From an uncultured delta proteobacterium (GTDB taxonomy: Bacteria; Desulfobacterota; Binatia; UBA9968), in NCBI GenBank assembly GCA_963755715.1, contig CAVWLW010000050.1:96001-160000 (forward strand): 64,000 bases of DNA. The letters are read 5' to 3'. A model generated the notes under the pieces. The model was not told the DNA's origin. It saw only the letters and a list, made by a program, of their open reading frames with translations, and did no database searches. Positions within the stretch are counted from its first letter, which is position 1; every line of letters starts with the position of its first letter. Below, in pieces: positions 40,361 through 50,881 of this stretch. Position numbers and translations under genes: made by a program.

Positions 40361-41447
40361 ATGGCCAAACAATCTTTATTGATGGATTTGCACCGATTAA
40401 ACGGCGCCGTTTTCGCCGAGCGCGACGGCTGGGTGTTGCCGGCCCATTTTGGCGATCCAGCTGGTGAATATAGCGCCGTGCGCTCCAGCGCCGGCTTGGT
40501 CGATCTGTCGCGCCGCGGATTGTTGCAATTCACCGGCCCTGACCGCCTCTCTTTTCTCCAGGGAATGTTGTCCAACGACCTGCGCGCTTTGCAACCTTTC
40601 ACCGGTCAATACGCGACGATTTTAACCCAGCAAGGAAAAGTCGTTGCCGACGTCCGAGTTCTTTGCGCGATGAATTCTTTTTACCTCGATTTTTGGGAGA
40701 ACCTGAAAGCTAAGATCACCGACCATCTCAATCGCTATCTGGTCGCCGACGAAGTCGAAATCGCCGATCGCTCGGCGGAATACGACATTTATTTCCGTGC
40801 AGGGCCCGCGCGCCGAAAGTCTGTTAAAAACCCTCGCGGAAAATGCCGCATTGCCGGCGCAGGAGAAGCAGCACGCCATGATCGCCATCGAAGACGCGGC
40901 GGTCTGTGTGGTTCGGGATGATCACGGCATGGCGGCTTTCGACCTGATTGTGCCGGTCGCGAGCGCCGTCGGAATCGCGGAAAGACTAACTAAGGCCGGC
41001 AAGCAATTCTCGGCGGCCTGGGTCGGCGAGGATGCGCAGAACATTCTCCGCATCGAAGCTGGTATCCCGCGTTACGGCGTGGACTTTAACGAGGACAATC
41101 TACTGCTCGAAGTCGGTATCGATCACGCGGTGAGCTTCACCAAGGGCTGCTACTTGGGTCAGGAAGTCGTCGAGCGCATTCGCTCGCGCGGCCACGTCAA
41201 CAAACGACTCTGCGGCTTGTTGCTCGACAGCGCGGTAGCCGCCGATGCCGGCGATCAACTCCAAGCTGACGGCAAAGAGACCGGTAGGATCACCAGCTCG
41301 GTAATTTCGCCTCGATTGGGCCGGCCGATCGCCTTGGGTTACGTGATGAAGGAGCATTGGGAGGCGGGAACCGAACTATCGCTCCGGCACAGCGGCGCCA
41401 ATATCCACACCACGGTGGTAAAGCTCCCCTTCCCAGCCTCCCCTTGA
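40361..41447 (+). CDS. GcvT/YgfZ-like folate-binding protein (frameshift near 40790)
   Basis: GPDRLSFLQGMLSND, LRIEAGIP, SFTKGCYLGQEVV. Confidence 0.88.
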
Positions 41448-41509
41448 ATAGCCTCATCAAGTTCGTATATTTATCGGAACTTTCAAGCGGATAAGAAAGG
41501 GATGTGAGA

Positions 41510-41818
41510 ATGGCCAATTTCGTAAAGGTTTGTACAACGGGCGAAGTCAAAGCCGGCTGCGGCAAGAGCGTCGATATCAACGGCAAAGCCGTCGGCGTAT
41601 TCAACGTCGATGGAAAATTCTACGCCATCAACGACGTTTGCGGTCACCGGGGCGGCCCACTGGGCGAAGGCGAACTGGACGGTACGACGGTGATCTGCCC
41701 CTGGCATGGCTGGCGCTACAACGTCACCACCGGGGAAAACGAACTGATTCCCAGCCTGCCCACCGAAAAGTTCGAAGTGAAAGTCGAAGAGGACGACGTG
41801 CTGGTGGATCTGGCCTAA
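41510..41818 (+). CDS. Rieske [2Fe-2S] ferredoxin
   Basis: CGHRGGPL...CPWHGW. Confidence 0.93.
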   Translation: MANFVKVCTTGEVKAGCGKSVDINGKAVGVFNVDGKFYAINDVCGHRGGPLGEGELDGTTVICPWHGWRYNVTTGENELIPSLPTEKFEVKVEEDDVLVDLA

Positions 41819-41841
41819 CGCGAATTTGAAGCGTGGATAAG

Positions 41842-41880
41842 AGGCCCACGGTCTTTCTTAAACCGCGGGCCTTTTTATTT
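41842..41880 (+). terminator. Intrinsic terminator
   Basis: AGGCCCACGG-loop-CCGCGGGCCT followed by TTTTATTT. Confidence 0.7.
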
Positions 41881-42053
41881 TAAACGATATATGAGGCTGG
41901 TCGCTGGTAATGGCACCGCATGATCGAGATTACTTGCGCGTTCTATGACCAATGGCGATCCTTTCCGAGGCGGTTTTTCTGATCGAAACATGGCATGGGC
42001 GCGCAAAGTATAGATCCAACAGCACGGTTTACCCGGCGATCCTTTAACGCGAG

Positions 42054-42272
42054 TCAGCGTTCATTTAAAAACTGATTGAATTCCCTCTCCTTGATTCCCA
42101 AACTTTTGAGCGCGTTACTTTTGGCCTCCGGATCGATGCCCGACTTTCCAAAGAAGTGCGAGCGCTGCTCAACAATTCGGCAAATTAAAGCACACAGTTG
42201 GCGCGACAATTCGTTTTCGGCCCGTCGCGGAAAGTTTTCGGCCCAAATCTTGGCGATCTCCTGATCTTCCAC
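42054..42272 (-). CDS. Hypothetical 72-aa protein, paralog of 42404-42622
   Basis: MEDQEIAKIWAENFPRR..SRQLCALICRIV..ALKSLGIKEREF. Confidence 0.7.
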   Translation of the reverse strand: MEDQEIAKIWAENFPRRAENELSRQLCALICRIVEQRSHFFGKSGIDPEAKSNALKSLGIKEREFNQFLNER

Positions 42273-42403
42273 CCTGACTCCTGTACCTCCTGTACTTTAC
42301 TCTCCCGACACCACGCAAGACGCGCATATGAAGAAAACGAAGAATTTATGATAGTAATGGACAAGTCTTGCCAATTTTTTCTAAATTTTTTAAGATATCC
42401 GGG

Positions 42404-42622
42404 ATGGACGATGCACAAATCCGGGAACTTTGGGAAAAAAACTACCCCAACCGTTTCTCCGATCCCATGGCTCGACAGGTGTGCCGGCTAATTTGTCATT
42501 TGATCCACACAATCGTCCAGAACGATGATAGTAGTGCGACGCCACTGCAGAAGCTTCGCAAGGTCCTCGCTGCGCTGAATATCCCAGAGTCACAATACGA
42601 CGAAGTGATACTGGGAAACTGA
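42404..42622 (+). CDS. Hypothetical 72-aa protein, paralog of 42054-42272
   Basis: MDDAQIRELWEKNYPNR..ARQVCRLICHLI..VLAALNIPESQY. Confidence 0.7.
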   Translation: MDDAQIRELWEKNYPNRFSDPMARQVCRLICHLIHTIVQNDDSSATPLQKLRKVLAALNIPESQYDEVILGN

Positions 42623-42785
42623 ACAATCCAATTGGCTCTTCGAAGGATCCCAGTGCCAAGTTGTAATTTCCCCAAGCGCGATAGAAACAAAAAAACGCCT
42701 TCGCTTTAAGCAAAGCGAAAGCTGGCGGCCCCGCAGCAAGCCCAGAAAATTCTTGAGCATCGGCTCGACGCCGAGGGCCGCTCAG

Positions 42786-43337
42786 TTAAAGGTTTAGATA
42801 ACGATTGATGTAATCATTGAGCGCATCCTTGGTGCTGTCAAAAGCGAGATCGTGCCAGGGCAATTCTTTCGGCGCGAAGATTTGCGCTGCCAAAGACTCG
42901 TCCGCCGCTGCCAGCTCACCGCCGATCACGTCAGCGGTATAGACGATGATCACGTTGGGCGAACGAGGATAAGAGTAGACGTTGAGCAGCGGCCCAAGCT
43001 TGACGTCCAACTGCGATTCTTCTTTCGTTTCGCGAATCGCCGCCTCCGGCACGCTCTCGCCGCGATCGACGTAGCCGCCCGGAAAAACCCACTTGCCGAG
43101 CGCCGGTTCGACGCCGCGTTTCAACAAGACGATGCCGCCCTCCAAGGTAAAGACCGTGCCGGCGACGACTTTCGGATCCTGGTAAAAAATAAACGAGCAC
43201 GCCTGGCAGACCAGACGGCGCGGCTCGTTTGTCTTCACGATTTTTTTATCGAGCGTGCCGCCGCAGCGCGGGCAAAAACGAAACTCGATGTGGCCGTGGC
43301 CGTGCGCGTGATGGTGCTGGTCGTGGTCTGATGCCAT
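42786..43337 (-). CDS. NUDIX hydrolase with Zn ribbon
   Basis: FCPRCG..CQAC; PGGYVDRGESVPEAAIRETKEE. Confidence 0.92.
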   Translation of the reverse strand: MASDHDQHHHAHGHGHIEFRFCPRCGGTLDKKIVKTNEPRRLVCQACSFIFYQDPKVVAGTVFTLEGGIVLLKRGVEPALGKWVFPGGYVDRGESVPEAAIRETKEESQLDVKLGPLLNVYSYPRSPNVIIVYTADVIGGELAAADESLAAQIFAPKELPWHDLAFDSTKDALNDYINRYLNL

Positions 43338-43396
43338 GCTTTTCTTCTAGCGTATATTCAGTTGAAACAAAAGAATATTTCTGTAATCGTACCGTG

Positions 43397-44080
43397 ATGC
43401 TTCGCGCCGTGATTTTTGATTTTAACGGCATCATCGTCGATGACGAGCCGATCCATTTTGAGCTGTTTCGCCGGGTGCTCGGTGAGGAAGGCATCACTCT
43501 GACAGAGGAAGCCTACTACGAGCGCTATCTGGGCTTTGACGATCGCGGCGCGTTCATCACGGGACTGCGGGAAAACAATCGGCCGATCAGCGATGCCAAA
43601 CTCGATGAGCTCATCCGGCGCAAAGCCGACTACTACCAAGACGCGATTCGCGATCACGTGGCTATTTTTCCGGGCGTAAAATCTTTGCTCGCCGAGCTAT
43701 CGCGGCTGCTACCGCTCGCCGTCGCTTCCGGCGCGCTGCGCCACGAGATCGAAACGATTTTGACCGCGGCCGGGCTGCATGATTATTTCCAAGCGATCGT
43801 CAGCGCTGAAGACGTAAAAAAAGGCAAGCCCGAGCCGGAAATTTTCTTAAAAGCATTGCTGGCGTTGAACGGGCGCGAAAAAACCGGCGGGTTCATTCAA
43901 GCAGGTGAATGCGTCGTGATAGAAGACTCGAAAGAGGGCATCCGCGGCGCGCGGCGCGCCGGCATGAAGTGCCTCGCAGTTACCAATTCGCATCCCGCGG
44001 AAGTCCTCCATGAAGCCCACGCCGTCGTTGACAGCCTGGAAGACGTTACACTCCCCTTCCTGCAACAGCTTTGCGCGTGA
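43397..44080 (+). CDS. HAD-superfamily phosphatase
   Basis: IFDFNG, KPEPEIF, VIEDS..GIRGARRAGM. Confidence 0.9.
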   Translation: MLRAVIFDFNGIIVDDEPIHFELFRRVLGEEGITLTEEAYYERYLGFDDRGAFITGLRENNRPISDAKLDELIRRKADYYQDAIRDHVAIFPGVKSLLAELSRLLPLAVASGALRHEIETILTAAGLHDYFQAIVSAEDVKKGKPEPEIFLKALLALNGREKTGGFIQAGECVVIEDSKEGIRGARRAGMKCLAVTNSHPAEVLHEAHAVVDSLEDVTLPFLQQLCA

Positions 44081-44083
44081 GAG

Positions 44084-44803
44084 TTATCGGTACGGTGATT
44101 GCTGCGGCCGCACGGTGATCTCCACCGGGCAACAGGTGGCGGAAGATGTCAGCACATAGAGCACGGCTTGGGCGATATCGGCGGGCTGAATCATCTTGCT
44201 CCGATCCAACTGCCGGTTGGGAGGAATTAGCGGAGTATCGACGAAGCCCGGCAGGATCACCGACACTTTGACGCCATGCTGGCGCACTTCTTCATAGAGC
44301 GACTGCGTGAAGCCGATCAGGCCGAACTTCGAAGCTGAGTACGCGGCTCCGTTCGCCTCGCCGCTTTTGCCCGACACCGAGCCAATATTGATCACCGCGC
44401 CTTCGCCCTTCTCGATCATTGCCGGTAATAGTTTCTGCGCGAGAAGCATCGGCGCGCGCAGATTGACGCGTAGCGTTTGATCCCAGTCCTCGATTTTGGC
44501 TCGAACAACCGATGCTCGTTTACCCCATCCCGCATTGTTGATCAGGAAATCAACGGCACCGAATTGTCGCTCGCTTTCCCTGACGAGCGTGTCGATGTCC
44601 TCATCACGCGTAAGATCCGTGGGAACGGCGATGGCAAGACCCTTGTCATTTTGAATGTCGAGCTTAACTTTTTCGAGCTCGCCCGAGGTGCGCGCAGCCA
44701 AGACAACGCGGCAACCCAATTGCGCCAGGGAAAGAGCCACGGCTTTGCCGATGCCCCGCCCCGCGCCGGTGACGAGGGCGACCTTTCCATCGAAGCTTTG
44801 CAT
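44084..44803 (-). CDS. Short-chain dehydrogenase/reductase
   Basis: TGAGRGIG, NNAG, YSASK. Confidence 0.93.
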   Translation of the reverse strand: MQSFDGKVALVTGAGRGIGKAVALSLAQLGCRVVLAARTSGELEKVKLDIQNDKGLAIAVPTDLTRDEDIDTLVRESERQFGAVDFLINNAGWGKRASVVRAKIEDWDQTLRVNLRAPMLLAQKLLPAMIEKGEGAVINIGSVSGKSGEANGAAYSASKFGLIGFTQSLYEEVRQHGVKVSVILPGFVDTPLIPPNRQLDRSKMIQPADIAQAVLYVLTSSATCCPVEITVRPQQSPYR

Positions 44804-44827
44804 GAAAATAGGTCGGGGCGATGGAGA

Positions 44828-45247
44828 TTAGTGGACGGTTGGCGTCTGATCCTGCGGCGGCTGCGCCACGGACGAGCCGTGGTGATGAATCATGCGCCAG
44901 CCGTCGGGGCCTTTGCGAAAAATATTCGTCGTGAGAATCATCGCGGCGACATTCTGCCCTTCCAATGAGCTATTTAGATTTTCATAGAGCGTCACCCACG
45001 CGAGCTCGCCGCGCACTTCGATCGACAGGTCGGTCAGCATGAACCTGATCTGCGGTGTATTCTCAAAAATTTGCCGCCAGCTTTCCATGACCAGCTTCCG
45101 GCCGCGCAGGATGCGCCAACCCGGATGGCCGCACTGGATTTCACCCTCGCTGGCCCACACCGATTCCATCTTCTTGATGTCGAGGCTTTCGAAGGCCCGA
45201 TAGAAGCCCTCGTTCGCTTGCGCGACGTCTTTTTCTTCCGGAGTCAT
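44828..45247 (-). CDS. NTF2/SnoaL-like protein
   Basis: ANEGFYRAF, HPGW, TNIF..WRMIHHHGS. Confidence 0.88.
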   Translation of the reverse strand: MTPEEKDVAQANEGFYRAFESLDIKKMESVWASEGEIQCGHPGWRILRGRKLVMESWRQIFENTPQIRFMLTDLSIEVRGELAWVTLYENLNSSLEGQNVAAMILTTNIFRKGPDGWRMIHHHGSSVAQPPQDQTPTVH

Positions 45248-45252
45248 GGCGA

Positions 45253-45579
45253 TTAATGGTGCGGCTTAGGCGTGACAAATACGAGAGTCACGAGCTTTTC
45301 CTGGCTACGGTTGGCGACGCCGTGATTCTGTCCAGCCGGCGCGAGCACGATTTCACCGGCCCCGAGCTCGCGTTGCTCATCCCCCACCGTGAACACACCC
45401 TTGCCCTCGAGAACGTAGTAGACCTTGTCCTGCCCGCCATGCGTGTGGGGACTCTGCTCTTGCCCCGGCTCGAAACAGTAGGTGTCGCAGAAAAATCTGT
45501 CGGTTTCGAACACGCCGTTCTTTTTCATCTTCTCGGGCGAAAACTGCCTCGCCTCTGAAAGCTTTTTAAAATTGCTCAT
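45253..45579 (-). CDS. Cupin domain protein
   Basis: PGQEQSPHTH..YVLEG..PAGQNHGV. Confidence 0.88.
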   Translation of the reverse strand: MSNFKKLSEARQFSPEKMKKNGVFETDRFFCDTYCFEPGQEQSPHTHGGQDKVYYVLEGKGVFTVGDEQRELGAGEIVLAPAGQNHGVANRSQEKLVTLVFVTPKPHH

Positions 45580-45666
45580 AGCTCGCTCCTGCCAGCGGTG
45601 ATGATGCGATACTACCATAGGGGTAGTTACATGCAAAAGCACAATGGATCTGTTATCAGTGACGGC

Positions 45667-46830
45667 ATGGATTCGGTGCTCGTGCGCTACCATGAGATCG
45701 CGCTCAAGAAAGGCAACCGCGCCTATTTCACCGAGCTGCTCAAGAAAAATCTGCTCGCGGCCGTCAAAGATCTCGGCGCCAAAGAAATCCGCAGCCTGCC
45801 GGCGCGTCTGCTGCTCACCTTCAAAAACGAGGTGCCCGCCGCCACGCTCATCGAGCGTATGAGCACCGTGTTCGGCGTTGCAAATTTCTCGATTGTCGAG
45901 CGCACCGCGCGAGACATCGATGCGTTGCGCGGCCGTATACTGGAATCCTTGAACGGTGGCCGATTCCAATCCTTTCGCATCGAAACCCAGCGCGGCGACA
46001 AAACTTTTCCGCTGACTTCGCCCGAAATCAACCGGCAGCTGGGCGCCGCCGTCCAAGAAAAGTCCGGCGCGCGGGTCGATCTAGAGAATGCCGAATTCAC
46101 GGTGACGGTGGAAATCCTTCCGCGCGACGCTTTTTTCGGCTTCAACAAGATTGCCGGCGCCGGCGGTTTACCCGTCGGCTCAAGCGGGCGAGTGGCCGCG
46201 CTGATTTCCGGCGGTTTCGATTCGCCGGTTGCCGCATACCGGATGATGCAACGCGGCTGCCGGATTATCTTCGTGCATTTTCATAGCGTGCCTTATCAGG
46301 ACAAAACCTCGCAGGAAAAGGTGCGCCAGCTCGTTCAATTATTGACCCGTCACCAATTCACTTCCCGTCTTTACATGGTGCCCTTCGGTGAGATCCAGCG
46401 CCAGATTGTCGCCACGGTCGCGCGGCCCCTGCGCGTGGTCCTTTACCGGCGCATGATGCTGCGCATCGCCGAAGCGATCGCACGGCAAGAAAAAGCCAAA
46501 GCCTTGATTACAGGCGAAAGCCTGGGGCAAGTCGCCTCGCAAACGCTCGATAACATGGCGGTGATCCAACAAGCCGCACGCTTGCCGATTCTACGTCCCC
46601 TGGTGGGAATGGATAAACAGGAAATTATCGATCAATCGCGGCGCATCGGCACATTCGAAGTTTCCTCGATCCCGGATCAAGATTGCTGCCAGCTTTTCGT
46701 GCCGAAGCACCCGGCGACCAAGGCGCGCTTCATCGACGTGGAAGAGGATGAGACGAAGTTGGACGTGAAAGACCTGCTACGCTACGGCATGGAAAACACG
46801 ATCGAGGAGGATTTCCGTTTTCCACTCTGA
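45667..46830 (+). CDS. thiI: tRNA 4-thiouridine synthase ThiI
   Basis: RYHEIALKKGNR, THUMP, GGLPVG, ISGGFDSPVA, GESLGQVASQT, DCC. Confidence 0.95.
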   Translation: MDSVLVRYHEIALKKGNRAYFTELLKKNLLAAVKDLGAKEIRSLPARLLLTFKNEVPAATLIERMSTVFGVANFSIVERTARDIDALRGRILESLNGGRFQSFRIETQRGDKTFPLTSPEINRQLGAAVQEKSGARVDLENAEFTVTVEILPRDAFFGFNKIAGAGGLPVGSSGRVAALISGGFDSPVAAYRMMQRGCRIIFVHFHSVPYQDKTSQEKVRQLVQLLTRHQFTSRLYMVPFGEIQRQIVATVARPLRVVLYRRMMLRIAEAIARQEKAKALITGESLGQVASQTLDNMAVIQQAARLPILRPLVGMDKQEIIDQSRRIGTFEVSSIPDQDCCQLFVPKHPATKARFIDVEEDETKLDVKDLLRYGMENTIEEDFRFPL

Positions 46831-46976
46831 GCATGCCTTCGTCCAAGCGTTTGAAGTCGTTCAAGTCGCTCCCACCGATATGAACGGCGCGCACGAACAA
46901 CCTTTCCGCTCGTCAAGAGCCGACACCATTCCACGCACCCGTTTAAGAGAAAGACGACGACTCACGGGCCTGAGAT

Positions 46977-47804
46977 TCAACGCCGCAGTTCGGCCTTGTC
47001 GATAAAATCTTTCAGAGCTTTGAAATAGGCTTCGCCGCCGATGATATAGGTATCGTTGTGGCGCGAGCCCTGAATCGTGTAGAACTCTTTCGGCTCGGGA
47101 GCGGCGGCAAAGATTCTTTTTCCTTGATCAAAGGGAACGACATCGTCAAAGTCGCCATGAAGAACCAGGATCGGCGCTCGGATCTTTTTGATTTTCTCAA
47201 GGTTATCGTACTTGGTTCGAAGAAAGGAACCGATCGGAAGCCATGGAGCTGCGATTCGCGCCATGTCACGGATGGAGGTAAAGGGCGCTTCGAGAATCAG
47301 CGCCAGACCAGGGTGCCTCACGGCGATTTCCGTCGCCACCGCCGCGCCGAGGGATTGCCCAAACAGGACGATTCTTTTGGATTCGACGTCCTGCCTCGAA
47401 CGAAGATGCTCCAAAGCCGCCACACCGTCTTTGTAGGTGCCTTCTTCAGAAGGTTTACCCGCGCTTTTTCCATAACCTCTATAATCGAAAATGAAGATAT
47501 GGATTTTAAGTTTGTCGTGAAGGAGCTTAAGGTGTTCCGAGCGATGACCGATGTTTCCTCCATTACCATGAAACCAGAGAAGCGTCGTGGACGCGCCGGG
47601 ATAAGCGACAAACCAGCCGTTGAGCGTCACGCCGTCTTCGGTCTTGAAGTAGACGTCTTGGAACGAAAGGCCGTAATTGCGCGGCGTTTCCGAAACCTCG
47701 GCAAGCGGAAAAAAAATAAACTTTTCTTCCACGTCACAACCCTCGAATAATACCAGGCCCAGAATAACGAACCCGGCAGCGATGGTCCTAACCCTTGGGT
47801 GCAT
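46977..47804 (-). CDS. Alpha/beta hydrolase
   Basis: FHGNGGN, DYRGYG, GQSLG, HGDFD, HND. Confidence 0.9.
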   Translation of the reverse strand: MHPRVRTIAAGFVILGLVLFEGCDVEEKFIFFPLAEVSETPRNYGLSFQDVYFKTEDGVTLNGWFVAYPGASTTLLWFHGNGGNIGHRSEHLKLLHDKLKIHIFIFDYRGYGKSAGKPSEEGTYKDGVAALEHLRSRQDVESKRIVLFGQSLGAAVATEIAVRHPGLALILEAPFTSIRDMARIAAPWLPIGSFLRTKYDNLEKIKKIRAPILVLHGDFDDVVPFDQGKRIFAAAPEPKEFYTIQGSRHNDTYIIGGEAYFKALKDFIDKAELRR

Positions 47805-48003
47805 GAAGCGCCAGCATAGCAAACAGTTCAGTGCGCGGGTCGGGCAGGCATATCGCAGAGCATGCCATCACGATTCTTGGACTACCAGCCATTGGAATCT
47901 GCAGCTGGAGGAGGAAGGGGTTGGTTGAGGAGCGCGAGTTTGGGATGAACTGCCTCCCTTTACAATTTGGATATTATCAATATCAACGCACCGATCCTAG
48001 CCG

Positions 48004-48976
48004 CTACACGTAGTGCTGAATTTTTTGAAGGCTCGGCGCAAAAAATAAATCTTCAACCGCGGGCTTTTTCTTGATCATCCCCTGCTCGTACTCGTAGCGA
48101 ATTACCGCTTCCAACGCTTTGCGATTGTCTTCTAGATTGTATGGCCAGGGATCGGGCCCGAAAATATCGCGCTGCTCGCTTTGCAAGTCCTGCACCCAAA
48201 CCAAGGCGAAACTGCGCGGGTCGCTGTTGCGCGCGTAGCAAATTTCTTTCGCCTGCTGAAACGCGCGCACCAAGCTGATGCCCACCCATGGGTGTTCGGC
48301 TAAAATCGGATTCTTGACGACCACCGTGTGCATGATCGGAAAGAAGCCGCCGTTTTTGTAAGTATTCGATCTCCGCTTTCTTCGGCTCGGGAAAAAGCAG
48401 CGCGACTTTCGGATTGCCGCTGCGGATCGACGGCAAGGTTTCCGGGTAGAGCGCCGCTTCCAGCTCGCCCTCGAGCAACATCTGGTCGACGTTCTTGCCG
48501 GGTGGCACGCGCTTGACGTTCATCCATTTGGCGGGCTCGAAAGGAATGTCCTCCTCTTCCTGGCACCACCACTCTATCGTCTTTAAATCGACGCCGTAAT
48601 GATCTTGCAGGATGCCGCGCATCCACAGCCCGGCGGAATTTTGCAGGGTATCCAATGCGACCCTTTTGCCGTTGAGATCGGACGGCTTCTCGATGCCGCA
48701 GCCGGTTCTTTTGACCATATACTGATGGCGAAAACGGCGATGGGGAAAGACTGGGATTGCGTTGTAGTCGCAGCCTTTGTCGCGCGAGACCAGATAGCCG
48801 ACCAAGGATAATTCACAAACATCGAATTCTTCATGACGCAGCATGCGTCCGTGGCGCTCGGGCGACGGCATCGTCAAAACATTGAGCTCGATCCCCTGCG
48901 GCTGAATCTCGCCGTTGATCAACGGCCGCAAAAAATCGTAATCGCCGCAGGCCAGAGTTAGTTTGAGCTTGGACAT
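48004..48976 (-). CDS. 4,5-dihydroxyphthalate-decarboxylase-like protein (frameshift near 48360)
   Basis: LTLACGDYD, FDVCELS, PVFPHRRFRH, FPIMHTVVV, DPWPY. Confidence 0.8.
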
Positions 48977-49568
48977 TCATTCTCCTTTGACGTGTTGACG
49001 GTAGAGTTCCGGCGTATCGATATCGACGGTAATGCCTTCTTCGTCGGTCTCCATCTCCAAGGTTGCATCGCCATGCGCATTGACCACGGCTTTGGCGCCT
49101 TGATCCATCGGCGCGTCGAGTAATTCGCCGAACAGCCGCCGCGAAAACAGCACCGGATGGCCGCGTTTGCCGCGGCAGCGGGGCACAACGATGTCTTTTT
49201 TCGACTCGTAAAATTGTCGGATCATCCGGTCGACCAGGCTCGCGTCAATGTAGGGATGGTCGACGAGATGAACGAGCATGCCGTCGCAGTCCGGGTCGGG
49301 CAGCAAGTTTCGCACCGCGACTTGCAGCGACGACAATTGTCCCAGCTGGTAATTTGGATTGATGAGAATTTCTACCGGCAGCGCGTCCAATCGCGGCGGC
49401 TAACTGGTCTGCATTGTGACCCAGAACGACGATGATCTTGCCGACCTGAGTGTGCTTCAGCGACGCGACGATGCGCCCAATGAATGTCTCGCCTTCGATC
49501 GGCAAGAGCGCCTTCGGCCGCCCCATGCGGCTCGACTCACCGGCGGAGAGAACAACGGCGGCAATCAT
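48977..49568 (-). CDS. MocA-like nucleotidyltransferase (frameshift near 49390)
   Basis: LSAGESSRMGRPKALL, LVDHP, RGHPVLF, DIDTP. Confidence 0.85.
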
Positions 49569-49600
49569 GGCTTGGTCCGCTCACGATTGCCGCAGTCAAA

Positions 49601-49704
49601 AATCTCCCCTAACCCCTCCTTTGAAGTAGGACATTTTAGAGAGGGGAAAAAGTCCTCGTAGGAAAACATCCCCCTTTAACAAAAGGGGGATCGAGGGGGA
49701 TTTC
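49601..49704. repeat. REP-like nested palindromic element
   Basis: AATCTCCCCTAACCCCTC..GAGGGG and TCCCCCTTT..AAAGGGGGATCGAGGGGGATT arms. Confidence 0.6.
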
Positions 49705-49756
49705 TCCGAGAAACTGTCGAACATGACGACAAACTCTTTCAGCAGCGGCTCGACCA

Positions 49757-50749
49757 TCATTTATAGACCTTGTCGATGAAGCCGCTTTTTTCCAGCTCGC
49801 GCACAATGCTGTCGTCGACGATGTCTTCGACCCGCAGCGTGGCGCCGGGCTTGCGCGCCAGCGCTTCTTTGATCTGCACTTCGGTTCCTTCCCGCGTCAC
49901 CAGCGGCACGCGATCATGCAGCTTGACATTGGCGGCGTAGGAATCTTCCAAATATTGGGGATTATCCTGGCGCGTGTATTTGGCGATAAATTTTTTCGTG
50001 TCTTCCTTGTGCGTTTTGAGAAAATGCGTCGCTTCGACGAGCGCCATCGTGAGCCTCCGCATGGTTTCGCGATGGCTCGCCAGATAGGTTTTCGTCGTCG
50101 TGGAGCAAATGTACGGAAAGTCATAGCGCTTTTGAAAGTCGGCGGTGCTGATCATGACCCGATGCGGCATGCCTTTGGCGAGGTGAATGGTGCCCGGCGG
50201 TGAAGGAAAGCCGACGATCCTGCCCGTGCGAAACGCCGCCGCGCGCTCGGTCGGCCCGCCGACTTGAAGGATCGGCACGTCCCGAACCGGCTCCAAACCC
50301 AGGCCTTTGATCAGTACCCGCGCCGCGACATCCGACGCGCTGCCGACCCGGCTGATGCCGACGCTTTTGCCTTTCAGGTCTTCCACCGACTTGACCGATT
50401 CCTGAACGATCAATTCGTAGGGCAGCGTGTTGATGTAGCAGGCGGTCATCACCAAGTTGGCGCCGCCCACGGCCGCGCTCGCCACCGCGCCGCCCGAGCT
50501 GTTCGCCACTTGGATATCGCCCGAGACCACGGTGGACACGCTCATAGTCGAGCTCTGGATGAAAATAAGCTCTACGTCGAGACCGTATTTGCGATACATG
50601 CCGGTATCCAGCGCCGTGAACCAGACGGTGTTCGAAGCATCGGCCGAGCTGTAGGCGATCTTTACCCGCTCCTGCGCTCCGCCAGGCGCAGAAGTCGCAA
50701 TAAAGACGAGAAGCAAAAGCACCAAACGAACCTGGATGCGGTGTAACAT
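49757..50749 (-). CDS. NitT/TauT-type ABC substrate-binding protein
   Basis: Signal peptide; KYGLDVELIFI, DLKGKSVGISRVGS, ELEKSGFIDKVY. Confidence 0.88.
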   Translation of the reverse strand: MLHRIQVRLVLLLLVFIATSAPGGAQERVKIAYSSADASNTVWFTALDTGMYRKYGLDVELIFIQSSTMSVSTVVSGDIQVANSSGGAVASAAVGGANLVMTACYINTLPYELIVQESVKSVEDLKGKSVGISRVGSASDVAARVLIKGLGLEPVRDVPILQVGGPTERAAAFRTGRIVGFPSPPGTIHLAKGMPHRVMISTADFQKRYDFPYICSTTTKTYLASHRETMRRLTMALVEATHFLKTHKEDTKKFIAKYTRQDNPQYLEDSYAANVKLHDRVPLVTREGTEVQIKEALARKPGATLRVEDIVDDSIVRELEKSGFIDKVYK

Positions 50750-50881
50750 GCCGTTCAAACCTCTCTTTCGAATCGAGTGCACGCGCCGAGGGCACCGCGA
50801 ATGCGGTTTTGATTTAACTCAACAACGATCAGGGAATCAACAGAGTGGAACAGCCCTTTTAGAGCGGCGGGCCTGCGATGA

